Assembly (NCBI GenBank): GCA_030587475.2
Contig: JAUQYZ020000085.1
Coordinates: forward strand, 1-27,207
DNA from: Candidatus Sigynarchaeum calidifontis
Lineage (GTDB): Archaea > Asgardarchaeota > Lokiarchaeia > Sigyniarchaeales > Sigyniarchaeaceae
DNA: 27,207 bases
Reading direction: 5' to 3'
The notes below the pieces were generated by a model, which saw only the letters and a program-made list of their open reading frames with translations, was not told the origin of the DNA and made no database searches. The translations under genes and the position numbers were made by a program. Positions within the stretch are counted from its first letter, which is position 1, and every line of letters starts with the position of its first letter. Shown piece by piece: positions 26,637 through 27,207 of the stretch.

Positions 26637-27092
26637 TCATGGTAGGTAATCAGGAAGTCCAAGATAGAGATAGAGCAAGAAATTCTTCAACGTGGCTTCC
26701 AAGCTATGACTAATACAATATGCTGTGAATGCTTCCCCTATTGGACCTGCAGTCAAGCTCTCAAACCAAAAAGGCCCTAATCGTGCCGGAGGACTCACCA
26801 GGATTACCCTTCTATACCATACCTCATTACCAGCTATGGTCAGTTCGACGGATATACCATTCACGAGGGTAATTTTGTATACTGAAATACGATAATGGAT
26901 CTCAGAACCAACATCAGTCAAAATTCCACGGAGATCGTATAGCGCATGAATAAGCGTACCAAAAGCCGGCTCGAAATAATCATCAATCGCAATCTCAAGA
27001 GGACTTATAGGTATCGTGCTAATCTCGCCATCGCTGACCTGGATGAGTGCTGTAAGGTGAACTCTCCGTCTCGTACCAGAAAGGTATACTTT
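26637..27092 (-). pseudogene. Hypothetical gene, probably disrupted
   Basis: The frame of track ORF 26637..26921 stays open to 27092 (151 aa) with no canonical start above 26921. It is bounded by in-frame TGA 27093-27095, with TTG at 27119 just upstream. Confidence 0.4.
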
Positions 27093-27207
27093 TCAGTATC
27101 TCGTCCCGCTACCAATCAAGATCCGGTCGTTTCATCTTCACTCGAAGTGACAACAGGTAAAAAAATGCGATTGGAAATCGAATCACGCGGAATAAAAGCA
27201 AGTAAAG

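Overview
Archaeal chromosomal window, probably from a GC-rich Asgard (Lokiarchaeia/Sigynarchaeota-like) genome. That assignment is inferred from archaeal-type AlaRS, two TFB paralogs, a BHB-intron tRNA, and LRR, WD40, TPR and winged-helix proteins of types common in that group. Bases 1-11.1 kb hold intact housekeeping-like genes: two surface glycoproteins, a Gfo/Idh/MocA oxidoreductase, alaS, an ArgD/LysJ aminotransferase, ppa, a wHTH regulator and a Zn-ribbon membrane protein. A lower-GC TPR/LRR/orphan block at 11.5-14.5 kb abuts tRNA-Phe(GAA), which has a 36-nt intron at the non-canonical D-loop position 20/21. Bases 14.7-25.3 kb form a stress/accessory region with an EEP hydrolase, TPR protein, UspA, two VapBC-type pairs, a pyrimidine-dimer-glycosylase-like gene and two convergent, closely related, divergent-type TFBs. 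The second TFB lies directly behind a membrane protein and a MinD/ParA-like ATPase, a candidate regulated alternative-TFB module. Two genes have ACG behind an SD motif exactly where the initiator Met is expected, and several accessory genes have single-base frameshifts. The window ends in an AT-rich block with a 7-repeat WD40 gene. All calls come from reading motifs by eye; no searches were run.
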